The notes under the pieces: model-generated | Told to the model about the DNA's origin: nothing | The model's input: the letters and a program-made list of their open reading frames with translations, nothing else | Databases searched by the model: none | In this document: positions 50,898 to 60,294 of the stretch, in pieces | How positions within the stretch are numbered: the first letter of the stretch is position 1 | Layout of the letters: each line of letters starts with the position of its first letter | Assembly (NCBI GenBank): GCA_030040425.1 | Contig: JASHTS010000074.1 | Span: 12,198 to 76,197, forward strand | Direction: 5' to 3' | Length of the DNA stretch: 64,000 nucleotides | Source of the DNA: Acidobacteriaceae bacterium | Lineage (GTDB): Bacteria; Acidobacteriota; Terriglobia; Terriglobales; Acidobacteriaceae | Position numbers and translations under genes: made by a program

Positions 50898-53441
50898 ATG
50901 TCCAAGAAGCATTTCACGAAGAGAGCACCGGTGTGCCTTTTCGGCGCCGTCGCAGCAGTGTTCCTGCTGTCGCCGGCGGCGCCGCGCGCTCAGACGCAGA
51001 CGAATGGCTCGCTGAGCATCAACACATCGAACCCGAGCGACTGGATTATCAGCAATGGCGCGTTGACCATCGATTACAACAGCAACTCCGGCGCCATCTG
51101 GAGCGTGGTGCCTGCGGGCTCCAATGACCAGCTCATCGATTTCGATCCCGGCGAGTCGGTGGTGAACGGAAGCGTGTTCGACGCCGCGGACGGAGAGAGC
51201 GCAGTGGGCGGCACACCGCTGCCCGCGACCTGGAGCGGGCCCACGGGCCCGGAGGGCCGAAACGGCCCGTGGGTTGGCTCAACACCTCCGAACCCCAACG
51301 CCACGTGGCCTGCCTACAACGAGCCCAAAGGTTTCTATATGGATCTCTCCGGGTTCAGCGGCGGCACCAATGTTCCCGGCTACCAGCTTGCCGCGAGCTA
51401 TCTGGACTTCTGGGTTACCACCACGGCGGTGAACAACTTCATTTACGCGCAGCACTTCATCGTGACCCCGAACGACCCGGGAATCCACATCTACTTCAGC
51501 GTCAGCCGCCCGAGCAGCTACGCGGGCAGTTCCTCCATCGGGCAGGTGCAGTGGATCTTTCGCGACGACACCGGCCTGTTCACCAATCTCTACAATGTGA
51601 ACGCCGACCTGAGCATGAGTCACCCGGTGATTACGCCCTTGCCTTCGGTGGACGATTGTTTTTCCTCCGATGACGGGCGCAACGTGCAGGACACCACAGG
51701 GCGCGACACCATCGATCTGCATCCGCAGGTGGGAGTGACCAATGCCTTCTCGCCGTATACGGATTTTTCGCCGGGCGCGAACGTCGCCATTCCGGAGGGT
51801 TTCCATCGGCATTTCTGCGTGAAGTACGATTACTCAAGCTACGAGTACATTCACCCGGCCCACGGGGTATTCGGCAGCAAATACGGCCTCTGGGTTGTGT
51901 TCACGCCGGGGCACGACACCTTCATCGGCGGCCCGGAAAAGCAGAACCTCGATTTCACGGGCGGCATTCTGACCATTGAGCCGCTTTCCGATCACTACAT
52001 GACGGGCGGCCTCACCGTAACCAGCGCGCCCAACCCCGGGAATACGCAATACGTCTCCGGCACCACGCTCACCAACCGCATCTTCGGTCCGTTTTATGTG
52101 CGGATCAATAAATTCGGAGGCGATATCCGGACCCCGGACGATATGTACGAAGATGCTGTAACTGCGGGCACCGCGCATAGCTGCTTCAACTACGACCCGG
52201 TGAGGAAAAACTTCTTCCGCAGTTCTTCCGGATCGTGCGGAGACACGCGAGCTTCGGACGATCAAACCGACGGGGGATTCTCCGACATGCCCTTCGAGAA
52301 TCTATATGACAACGAGGCCGAACTTCAGTCTTCCGGCTTTGTTCCCTTCGATACGCGCGGCGATGTCAATGTCGATGTGAGGCGTGTCGAGGGCGCGCCC
52401 AAGACAGCGTGGGCGGTACTGAGCCAGAACGGCGAGAATCAGATCGTCAGCGCGAAAAGCTACCAATACGTGATGGACATCAGCCGCACCGGGCAGGGAA
52501 CATTTCACGACGTTGTTCCGGGGACTTATCGGCTTTCGGTGTTCGACCTGGGTAAGTTCGGCGAGTATCGCGATGACAACGTGGTTGTGAACGGCAATCA
52601 GGCCACGGTGGTTCCGACGTTCACCTTCCAGCCAGAGGATTTCGGCAGGACCCTCTGGACGATCGGAACGCCCGACCGGTCATCGCACGAATTCCTGCAC
52701 GGACACGATACGTACAATCCGCCTTTTGGTTACGAGGATCAGCCGTACGGTTTCGACGACCGCGAGTACTGGGGCAACTGGAATTACTGGGCCGATTTCG
52801 CCTCGACCAACGGCGCGGTGATCTACAACGCCACCAGCGGACCCGACGGCCCGGCGACCAACAATCCCGATGCGTGGAACTACGCGCACTGCGGCACGTT
52901 CGATCCCGGAATCTACGGCGGCGCGTACGTGGCGAGCGACGACTCGACCGACGGCTACATGTACGAGATTCCGTCCTACGTGAGCACGCTCAGCGGCGCA
53001 AGCGGCACCAATGGCGTGACGACCAGGACGCCCCCGTGGCAAATTCATTTCACCACCGGATCCACTTCGGGCTACAGCTACGTGGTTCTGACGCAGGGAC
53101 TGGCGGCGACCCAAGCAGGCGAGACGATCAGCCTCAATGGCAACGCGCTCACTTACACGCCCGCTTCGACCTACAACAGCGACGCTTATGAGCGCTCGGG
53201 TTTGAGCGGTTATTACGAGTGGGTGGCGTATCAGTGGCCGGTTGCGGACCTGAACCCTCCCGGCAAGGACAATGTGATCACGATCCAGGTTTCGTCTCCG
53301 GGGAGTTGCAACATGGACGATGCGCTGCGCTTCGAGTTGTCGGCCAACGGCGCGCAGCCTTCCGTGACGGGTTGGAACGATTACACATTTGTGACTGCGG
53401 CTACAACCGCGCCGGCTGACGATACCGTGCCTAATCCGTAA
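50898..53441 (+). CDS. Secreted polysaccharide lyase family 4 (rhamnogalacturonan lyase)-like protein
   Basis: AGGAGG SD, signal peptide; GGP.KQ.L, FGP, YQY...F..V.PGTYRL, LWTIGTPDRS..EF, DALRFE. Confidence 0.78.
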   Translation: MSKKHFTKRAPVCLFGAVAAVFLLSPAAPRAQTQTNGSLSINTSNPSDWIISNGALTIDYNSNSGAIWSVVPAGSNDQLIDFDPGESVVNGSVFDAADGESAVGGTPLPATWSGPTGPEGRNGPWVGSTPPNPNATWPAYNEPKGFYMDLSGFSGGTNVPGYQLAASYLDFWVTTTAVNNFIYAQHFIVTPNDPGIHIYFSVSRPSSYAGSSSIGQVQWIFRDDTGLFTNLYNVNADLSMSHPVITPLPSVDDCFSSDDGRNVQDTTGRDTIDLHPQVGVTNAFSPYTDFSPGANVAIPEGFHRHFCVKYDYSSYEYIHPAHGVFGSKYGLWVVFTPGHDTFIGGPEKQNLDFTGGILTIEPLSDHYMTGGLTVTSAPNPGNTQYVSGTTLTNRIFGPFYVRINKFGGDIRTPDDMYEDAVTAGTAHSCFNYDPVRKNFFRSSSGSCGDTRASDDQTDGGFSDMPFENLYDNEAELQSSGFVPFDTRGDVNVDVRRVEGAPKTAWAVLSQNGENQIVSAKSYQYVMDISRTGQGTFHDVVPGTYRLSVFDLGKFGEYRDDNVVVNGNQATVVPTFTFQPEDFGRTLWTIGTPDRSSHEFLHGHDTYNPPFGYEDQPYGFDDREYWGNWNYWADFASTNGAVIYNATSGPDGPATNNPDAWNYAHCGTFDPGIYGGAYVASDDSTDGYMYEIPSYVSTLSGASGTNGVTTRTPPWQIHFTTGSTSGYSYVVLTQGLAATQAGETISLNGNALTYTPASTYNSDAYERSGLSGYYEWVAYQWPVADLNPPGKDNVITIQVSSPGSCNMDDALRFELSANGAQPSVTGWNDYTFVTAATTAPADDTVPNP

Positions 53442-53464
53442 CCAGACCTGCGATTCGCAAAATG

Positions 53465-53504
53465 CGCCGGGCGGCTTCGATGAGTGTTGCGGAGCCGCCC
53501 GGCG
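53465..53504. terminator. GC-rich hairpin between convergent genes
   Basis: CGCCGGGCGGCTTCG...CGGAGCCGCCCGGCG. Confidence 0.65.
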
Positions 53505-53534
53505 AAGCGGAAAGGTTTTTCTTAGAACAGGTCT

Positions 53535-54584
53535 TCAAAAGAGATCGAGGCCCTCGACGCCGAGATCGACCTCGAAGACGGCGTCGTGCGTGGCGAGGAT
53601 GGTTGTGCCCAGCGGCGAAAATGCGACGCCGACGAGGTTGGGTCCGGCGACGGCGAGAGAAGCTTTGCCAGCGGGCGTGATGCGCACCAGGCCGCGCAAA
53701 CCATGCAGGCAGGCGACCACGTAAAGATCGCCATCTTTGGCTAGCGCCAGGCCCTGCGGGCGGCCGAGACCGCGGAACCAGGGGCGCGTATCGCCGTTGG
53801 GCGCGATGGCCCAGACGGCCTCATTCGAAGAGAGCGTAGGCCCGGTGACGAAGAGCGTGCCTTGGGCGTTGATGGTCAGGTGATAGGCGGCCACTGAGGG
53901 TTCGAGCGTGGCGTGGACGAAGATCTGGCGCTGGGGATTGATCTTGAAGATGGTGCCGCTCCGGTCGCCGACGTAGAGATTGCCGGCGGAGTCAAAGACG
54001 GCGCCGGTAGCCACACCCATGCCTTCGGCGTAGACGGTGTGCTCGCCGGCGGCGTCGACGCGGTAGACGTTGCCTTCAGCGCGCGAGGTGACGTAGAGGT
54101 CGCCATCGGGTGAGAAGGCGAGGCCGGTGGCGTTGAGAATGCCGGTTACGAAGGGAGTGCCGCGGCCATCGGGACTCACGCGGACGATGGAGACCGGCGT
54201 CTGCTTGCCGCGCTGGCCGGAGATGGTGGCATAGATCATGCCGGAGCGGCTGACCGCCGGGTTGGTGACGGGATGCAGACCGTCATTGAGCTGGTGCGCG
54301 ATGCGGATGGGCACGGTGTTGCCGGCGCCGGCGGGGCTGCGCACTTCAATGAGGCCGGTAGTTGCGTTTTCCGGAATGCGGAAGGCGAGGCGCGCGGGGC
54401 GGCTCATGAGGATGTGCGCGGAATCGCCATCGACGAGCACGGCAGGCGGACCGAAGGCATGCGGACCCAGGTTTGCGCCCACCAGCTCGACCTCGCCCAA
54501 TGGCAGAGCCGCGGAAGGAACCACCTCATCGATGCGCGGCACGGGCACGGCTGCGGGCGTATTTTGTGCGGGCGTACGAGCCAT
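53535..54584 (-). CDS. IPT/TIG + NHL/gluconolactonase-like beta-propeller protein
   Basis: ATGLAFSPDGDLYV, FDSAGNLYVGD, PQGLA repeats. Confidence 0.8.
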   Translation of the reverse strand: MARTPAQNTPAAVPVPRIDEVVPSAALPLGEVELVGANLGPHAFGPPAVLVDGDSAHILMSRPARLAFRIPENATTGLIEVRSPAGAGNTVPIRIAHQLNDGLHPVTNPAVSRSGMIYATISGQRGKQTPVSIVRVSPDGRGTPFVTGILNATGLAFSPDGDLYVTSRAEGNVYRVDAAGEHTVYAEGMGVATGAVFDSAGNLYVGDRSGTIFKINPQRQIFVHATLEPSVAAYHLTINAQGTLFVTGPTLSSNEAVWAIAPNGDTRPWFRGLGRPQGLALAKDGDLYVVACLHGLRGLVRITPAGKASLAVAGPNLVGVAFSPLGTTILATHDAVFEVDLGVEGLDLF

Positions 54585-54595
54585 TCAGGGGTCCT

Positions 54596-55111
54596 TCAAT
54601 ACCACAAGCGCACGAGCGACGCTATACCCAAAGCATACAGCCCGGCAGCCACATCGTCGAAGACGATGCCCCATCCTGCGGGAAGCTGCTCCAGTTGCCG
54701 CGCAGGCGGTGGTTTGAGGATATCGAAGAGGCGAAATAGCACGAGCGCGATGAGCGCGTGGGCCCAGTTGGCGGGGCAGAAGAGCAAAGCGATCCACTGG
54801 CCGATGACTTCATCGATGACAACGAAGCCGGGGTCTTCAATGCCCGACTCGCGCGCGGCGATGGTGGATGCAGGAATGCCGAGGACGAGCGCGAGCGCGA
54901 TGCCGATGCAGAGCGCGGCGACGAGCGCGTGCGGCGCCAGATGCACGGCGCGCGCGGCGATGGCCCAGAGAATCACAGCGGCGATCGAGGCCCAGGTGCC
55001 GGGACCGGGCTTGAGGCGTCCGATGCCGAAGACCGTGGCGACGGCAAAGGCCCAGCCCTTCGGGCCGTTCTCGTTTTGGACAGAAGAATGAGTGGAACTC
55101 TCAGTCGTCAT
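54596..55111 (-). CDS. pgpA: Phosphatidylglycerophosphatase A
   Basis: PGTWAS, DPG.VVIDEVIGQ, FRLFDILKP, DDVAAG. Confidence 0.93.
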   Translation of the reverse strand: MTTESSTHSSVQNENGPKGWAFAVATVFGIGRLKPGPGTWASIAAVILWAIAARAVHLAPHALVAALCIGIALALVLGIPASTIAARESGIEDPGFVVIDEVIGQWIALLFCPANWAHALIALVLFRLFDILKPPPARQLEQLPAGWGIVFDDVAAGLYALGIASLVRLWY

Positions 55112-55331
55112 GCCGGCCTTTGTCGCGCTGCGCGCCGGAGCTGCCGAGATCTTCGAGGACTTCGGGGTCGAGGACGGGCGAACTGATCTTGTAGGCGCCG
55201 GTGGCCCATTTGCCGAGGTCGATCTTGCGGCAGCGGTCGCTGCAGAAGGGAAAGTCCTCATCTTTGGGCTGGACGAGCTGGCCGCAGGAGGGACAACGGA
55301 AGAGCCTGGCGGATTTTTTCTTTGCGGGCAT
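55101..55331 (-). CDS. yacG: DNA gyrase inhibitor YacG
   Basis: CPSC...FPFCSDRC..IDLGKW. Confidence 0.92.
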   Translation of the reverse strand: MPAKKKSARLFRCPSCGQLVQPKDEDFPFCSDRCRKIDLGKWATGAYKISSPVLDPEVLEDLGSSGAQRDKGRHDD

Positions 55332-55423
55332 CGAGAGCAGACCCCGAGCAAGACCCAGTTTATCGCGCACGCTGCAGACGAGGCGCACCTGGCGTGAGCA
55401 GCTTAGCAGACCTCCATCGCTCT

Positions 55424-55483
55424 CCGGGCCTGAAGGCCACAACCATTTTGTGGGCCTTTCCGGCACGGCTGAAGCCGTGCCCT
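55424..55483 (+). repeat. Palindromic repeat family C
   Basis: CCGGGCCTGAAGGCC...GGCACGGCTGAAGCCGTGCCCT. Confidence 0.7.
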
Positions 55484-55572
55484 CGCACTTCGCGCCTCTT
55501 CCGGTGGTTTTTCACCAAACCCTAAGACCATGTCTCTTCAAAGCACGCGCGAATTGACTTGCTGAGCGCTCG

Positions 55573-56154
55573 TCAAGGCTTGAGGAACGGCGAGGGGCCG
55601 ATCCACTTGAGCTCATAGCGGTCCATGAATTCCGCCGTCTGCGCGAGCTTTGGATCGGACGCGCTGTCCATGAAGAACTTTTCCATCATGCCCGCAGGCG
55701 TGAAGGCGATGAGCAAACGGCTTTGGGGAACGGCTGAGGAGAAGGTGTGCGGGATGCGGCGCGGGCCGAGGACGGATTCACCGGCGCCGAGTGCGAGGCG
55801 CTGATCGCCGACCTGAAAGGCGACTTTGCCTTCCATCACGTAGAACCACTCGTCCTGATAAAGGTGCAAGTGGAGCGGCGGTCCGCCGGGCACGAGGTGA
55901 CTGTGCTCGATGACGAACAGATTGCCGCCCGTGTCGGTGGTGAGTACTTTGAAGGCGAGGGAGTCAAAGCCTCTGGTGCGTGGAGCGCCGAGGCGATCCT
56001 GGCCCCAGCCGACGACGTGGAGGTCAAGCGGCGTGGAAGGTGATTGTGCGAATGCCGGCTGGGCGTCCCACCCTAGCGGCAAAGACAAAGATGCCGCGAG
56101 GGTGGGGCACCCGACAGCGGCGGATTTGAGAAAACTGCGGTGTGGAAGGGGCAT
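55573..56154 (-). CDS. Cupin-2 domain protein with Tat-like signal
   Basis: GPPLHLH..QDEWFYVMEG, PRRIPHTF; HRSFLK...AFA/Q; TATGAT 7 nt before ATG 56154. Confidence 0.85.
   Translation of the reverse strand: MPLPHRSFLKSAAVGCPTLAASLSLPLGWDAQPAFAQSPSTPLDLHVVGWGQDRLGAPRTRGFDSLAFKVLTTDTGGNLFVIEHSHLVPGGPPLHLHLYQDEWFYVMEGKVAFQVGDQRLALGAGESVLGPRRIPHTFSSAVPQSRLLIAFTPAGMMEKFFMDSASDPKLAQTAEFMDRYELKWIGPSPFLKP
56066..56112 (+). repeat. Family B repeat lying inside the cupin CDS
   Basis: TCCCACCCTAGCGGCA...TGCCGCGAGGGTGGGGCACCC. Confidence 0.75.
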
Positions 56155-56189
56155 GGAGGCCATCATAGCGCGAAGCGTTGCTGCCGCTG

Positions 56190-57563
56190 TCAGCTCAGAT
56201 GAGAAACGAACCGGCTGAGCTCATGGAGCCACGACTGCCAATCAGCCAAGACCGCCTGCTCGCCAATCTTGCCCGCGGCCCCTTTGAGGGCTTCTGCAGC
56301 AAGATTCTGAATCAGGCGAATGCTCTTTCTCAGAACCGATTGGTCAGGATTTCGCTTTTGCAGCTCGCTCTTGGCGGAGTCGAGCTCAGTTTCGAACCGC
56401 GACGCCTCCGGAGCAGGAAGTGGCAATTCGGCGCGGCGATCCGTCATGCGTTCGAGGACAGCTAGTAAAGCGGCGTTGTCGTTGAGGGTTTGGTGAAAAT
56501 CCACCTTTGACTCTCCGCTCGCCTGCACAAATCCCGTGACGGGCGCGTTGAAGACGTTTTGCGTCGCGCCTGCCGAAAGCATCGCTGGAATGAGCTTGCC
56601 GACGAACAGGCTCTCGAGGTAATTCTTTTCGATCTGGAGCCGTTCTGTTTCCTTATCACGAAGAGCGAGCTGCGCCTGGTAGACCTGCATGGCGTCGGTT
56701 TTGATCTTTTCGGCCGTTTGCGAGTCGGTTTTGCCTACGCTAATGGAAATGCGCGCGCCGCCTCCGGTCTCCTCAATCGATTTGAGGCGGATGTTGTTGT
56801 CCGGGTGGATCGAGGCAAGGTGCTGCAGCAATGCAGGAAGCGTATTGAGCTCGAATGTGGAAACACCGCCCTGATAGAAAAGCTCAATGCAGGTTTGTTC
56901 GGAATAGAGACGCTCAAATTCCCCAGGAGCATAGTAAGTAGGGGCGCTTGCGTCTTCGCCCCAGAAAGCGCATTCACAACGAATGCCCTTAATTGACCAT
57001 CCCCCTCGCTGGGATTCCCACAATCGAATCTCGGTCACGTTGGCATCATCGAGAACCGCCCACTGCAGGGTCGCAGAGCGCAAGTCAGCGCCGAAGAGAT
57101 TTGCGCTGCTGAGATTCGCACGATAAAGGCTTGCCTCGGAAAGGTCGGCCCCACAAAGATTGGTCTGCACAAGACTTGCATCGTGCAACTTTGATTGCCG
57201 CAAATCAACTCCAGAGAGGTCTGCGCCAAACAATCTTGCCCCGCTCAGGTTGGCCCCGAATAGATCGGCTTTCGAGAGATTTGCCCTGGTCAGATCGACT
57301 GCAACCAGGTTCGCTGAAGTCATTTCTGCATTGTGGAGGTCGGCAAGACTCAAATCCGAGTCCCGCAGATCCGCTCCGCGCAGCTTGGTGCGGCTGAGAT
57401 CAGCCCCGCTGAGGCCAACGTCTTTGAGATTCGCCTGGCGCAAGGTACGCCATGCAAGAGAAGCGCGGCTCAGGTCGATATCCAGATCGGGATTCTGGTC
57501 TCGCCACGTATTCCACGACTCAGCCCCGTCACGGATCTTGGCAAGATGTTCGGGGTTTGCCAT
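56190..57563 (-). CDS. Pentapeptide-repeat protein with unknown C-terminal domains
   Basis: MANPEH...WNTWR cap, long A(D/N)LXX run; more AT-rich codons. Confidence 0.9.
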   Translation of the reverse strand: MANPEHLAKIRDGAESWNTWRDQNPDLDIDLSRASLAWRTLRQANLKDVGLSGADLSRTKLRGADLRDSDLSLADLHNAEMTSANLVAVDLTRANLSKADLFGANLSGARLFGADLSGVDLRQSKLHDASLVQTNLCGADLSEASLYRANLSSANLFGADLRSATLQWAVLDDANVTEIRLWESQRGGWSIKGIRCECAFWGEDASAPTYYAPGEFERLYSEQTCIELFYQGGVSTFELNTLPALLQHLASIHPDNNIRLKSIEETGGGARISISVGKTDSQTAEKIKTDAMQVYQAQLALRDKETERLQIEKNYLESLFVGKLIPAMLSAGATQNVFNAPVTGFVQASGESKVDFHQTLNDNAALLAVLERMTDRRAELPLPAPEASRFETELDSAKSELQKRNPDQSVLRKSIRLIQNLAAEALKGAAGKIGEQAVLADWQSWLHELSRFVSHLS

Positions 57564-57623
57564 GGAGGAAGGATAGCGACAATTCCCCAGCCTAGAAAGA
57601 AAAATATGGCGCCGTAGACTACC

Positions 57624-59345
57624 TCAAAGCGGCGAGAGGATGTGCGCGACGAGGTCGTAGTCGTGAGCCTCGGTGATCTGGGCGTGGTAGAAGCGGCCGG
57701 ACCGCAGGGATTCGAGGGCGCCGAAGTCGTTGATGAAGACCTTGCCGTCGATCTCGGGCGCGTGGAGCTCCGTGCGGCCTTCCCAGAGGAGCGGGGTTTC
57801 GGCGCTCTCGCCTTCGGCGAGCAGCGTGACTTCGCGGCCGATCCAGTCTTGCTTGGCGCGGCGCGAGATGGATTGCTGCCTCTTCATGAGGCGGCGCCTG
57901 CGCGCTTCGATGGTGCGCTTCGGAAGCTGCCCGTCGAGCGCGTAGGCCGCCGAGCCTTCTTCGTGCGAATAGTTGAAGACACCGAGCCAATCGAACTTTG
58001 CTTCGCCGATGAACTGCTCCAAAAGTTCAAAGTCGCGGATCGACTCGCCGGGGAAGCCGACGATGAAGCTGGTGCGCAGAGCGATGCCGGGCACGGCGGC
58101 GCGAACCTTTTCGAGAGTCTTTAGAAAAATCTCCGCGCCGGCGCCGCGCTTCATGCGCTTCAACACATCGGGCGAGGCGTGCTGCAGGGGCAGATCGAGA
58201 TATTTGCAGATGTTCGCGTGGCGCGCGACAGTGTCGAGCAGACGGCCGGTGATGCGGTTGGGATAGGCGTAAAGAAAACGCAGCCAGCGCAGATCTGGAA
58301 TGCGGGCGAGCGCGTCGAGGAGTTGCGCGAGGCCGTCCTTGAGGCCGAGGTCTTCGCCGTAGCAGGTGGTGTCCTGGCCGATAAGCGTGATCTCGCGCAC
58401 GCCGCGGGCAACGAGCTGCTCGGCTTCCGCCACGATGGACTCGAAGCGGCGCGAGCGGAATTTTCCGCGCAGATTGGGAATGATGCAGAAGCTGCAGGGG
58501 TGGTCGCAGCCTTCGGCGATTTTGATGTAGGCCGAAGCACGCGGCGTGGAAAGGAGCCGCGGGGTGTTCTCGTCGTAAAGATAGGTGGGCAGCAAGTGGG
58601 ATGCGCCAGCCCAGTGGTCGCGGCGGAAGCGGCCCTGGCGCTCGCGGCGGTCGCCTTCGGAGCGGGAGGTTGAGATGGGGGCTAGCACCCTTTCCGGGTT
58701 TTCACCGGTCCCCAAATGCGGGGGTCCTCCACCCCACGGACGAAGACCTGTCCGTGGAGACCCCGAACCGGCGGCGCCCAGGATCAAGTTTTGATGTGGA
58801 CTGCCTGCGAATTTGTGCGTGCCGGCGAGGGATTCTTTGCCGGCGCGTGTGTCGGCTTGGACCGTTGTGATGATGTTGAATGGAGACGGCGTCGATGCTT
58901 TCTCTGGTTCGAAAATCGGGGCCGGGGGCACGCCGGATTCGATGCCGGCGGCTGCGAGAATCGATTCGAGCTCGCCGGTGCCGAGGACGGCGTCGACTTC
59001 AGGGATATTTTTCTGGATCTCGTCGCGGTAGCGCTCGACCAGACAACCGGCAACGATGAGCTTGCGCGCGCGGCCCTCGCTCTTGTGACGGGCCATTTCG
59101 AGGATGGTGTCGACGGACTCCTGCTTGGCCACGTCAATGAAGCTGCAGGTGTTGACGACGAGGATCTCGGCCTCCTCGAGACGGGCGGTGAGCCGCGCCC
59201 CCGCGCGATCGAGCAGGCCCATCATAACTTCCGAATCGACCAGGTTCTTCGGGCAGCCAAGGGAGACAAAGCCGACGACGGGCTTTGCGGTTGGTGTGGC
59301 TGCGGCGACTGCAGCCGGCGCGGGTTTTTCCTGCGTTATGCTCAC
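57624..59345 (-). CDS. rimO: Ribosomal protein S12 methylthiotransferase RimO with a long linker insertion
   Basis: SLGCPKNLVDSE, NTCSFI, GCLVERY, EGCDHPCSFCIIP, APEIDG TRAM domain; GTG start at 59345. Confidence 0.95.
   Translation of the reverse strand: MSITQEKPAPAAVAAATPTAKPVVGFVSLGCPKNLVDSEVMMGLLDRAGARLTARLEEAEILVVNTCSFIDVAKQESVDTILEMARHKSEGRARKLIVAGCLVERYRDEIQKNIPEVDAVLGTGELESILAAAGIESGVPPAPIFEPEKASTPSPFNIITTVQADTRAGKESLAGTHKFAGSPHQNLILGAAGSGSPRTGLRPWGGGPPHLGTGENPERVLAPISTSRSEGDRRERQGRFRRDHWAGASHLLPTYLYDENTPRLLSTPRASAYIKIAEGCDHPCSFCIIPNLRGKFRSRRFESIVAEAEQLVARGVREITLIGQDTTCYGEDLGLKDGLAQLLDALARIPDLRWLRFLYAYPNRITGRLLDTVARHANICKYLDLPLQHASPDVLKRMKRGAGAEIFLKTLEKVRAAVPGIALRTSFIVGFPGESIRDFELLEQFIGEAKFDWLGVFNYSHEEGSAAYALDGQLPKRTIEARRRRLMKRQQSISRRAKQDWIGREVTLLAEGESAETPLLWEGRTELHAPEIDGKVFINDFGALESLRSGRFYHAQITEAHDYDLVAHILSPL
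58705..58779 (+). repeat. Nested palindromic element in frame within rimO
   Basis: CCGGTCCCC..GGGGGTCC-[CCACGGAC gaagacct GTCCGTGG]-AGACCCC..GGCGCCC. Confidence 0.7.
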
Positions 59346-59452
59346 ATCTTGATTGTACCGGGGAGGAAATGCGAGGACCAAGGGCCAAGGGAACGAGGGA
59401 GCGGGGGAACGGGAGAGCGACGCGAAACTATGAGAGAAGGCGGTGTAAGGCG

Positions 59453-59752
59453 ATGATTGCACGGCATTGGCGGGGATGGACGAGGGCTGAGAACGCGGAT
59501 GGATATGAGGCGTTTCTCAAACGGAAGGTTTTGCCGGGCCTCAGGGCGATCGAGGGATACAGGGACACAACCATTCTGCGCCGTGACGGCGCGGAGGAAT
59601 GCGAGTTTGTGGTGATTAGTCTTTTCGATTCGCTGGAGGCGGTGAAGCGGTTCGCGGGCGAAGATTACACCACGCCGGTGTTCGAGCCGGAGGCGAAGAG
59701 ATTTTTGAGCCGGATCGAGGAATTCGCCACGCACTATGAGGTGCGGAACTGA
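59453..59752 (+). CDS. Antibiotic biosynthesis monooxygenase (dimeric alpha-beta barrel) family protein
   Basis: MIARHWRG, FDSLEAVKRFAGEDY, HYEV. Confidence 0.85.
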   Translation: MIARHWRGWTRAENADGYEAFLKRKVLPGLRAIEGYRDTTILRRDGAEECEFVVISLFDSLEAVKRFAGEDYTTPVFEPEAKRFLSRIEEFATHYEVRN

Positions 59753-59771
59753 ACGCTGTGACCGCGCGCAA

Positions 59772-59981
59772 CTAGCTGTCTTTGCGGTAGAGCAGATTGC
59801 GCATGGCGTTGCGGCGGGCGGCGGATTGCTCACGGCTGGCGCCCTGCTCGCGGAAGTTGCTTGCCTGTTCTTCCGCTTCAGGCTCACTGCACGCGGGGCA
59901 GCGGTTGGCAAAGCCGGGTTTGCCTGGACGGAGTTCGAACTCCTCACCGCAGACGGCGCAGGTTTTGATGGGGAAGGCCAT
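59772..59981 (-). CDS. Small CxxC...CxxC zinc-binding protein
   Basis: CAVCGEEFEL.P.KPG...CPAC; TACCAT 6 nt before ATG. Confidence 0.75.
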   Translation of the reverse strand: MAFPIKTCAVCGEEFELRPGKPGFANRCPACSEPEAEEQASNFREQGASREQSAARRNAMRNLLYRKDS

Positions 59982-60294
59982 AGAAATATGGTAGCGAAGT
60001 TGGGCTGGCGGGTCGAGGCGGCGCGTTTGTATGGCGCGAAACCCGTGCGGCGTTACCGATCCGAAACCCCAAACTGAAGCGAAGTAAGAACTTTGCATTG
60101 GATGGGCAATGGCCGTCATTCCCGTGATCGAGGATCGCCGCACAATTGACCGGTCTCTCAGGTTCAGACCGCTAAGGCGCCGCCGGCGAAGAGCGGCTCA
60201 TGAGATAATCTGCGGGTTCCCTTTCTTCCAGGCTCCCCCGCCTTAGCTGAAGCTTCCATTGCAGTATCAACCGGACGTCTCAAAGGAGCACATT

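Noticed and set aside
60140-60210. Glycine riboswitch suggested by CTCTCAGG upstream of asnB
   Set aside because: The other conserved aptamer elements (GGAGA, CCGAAG) are not in the required order
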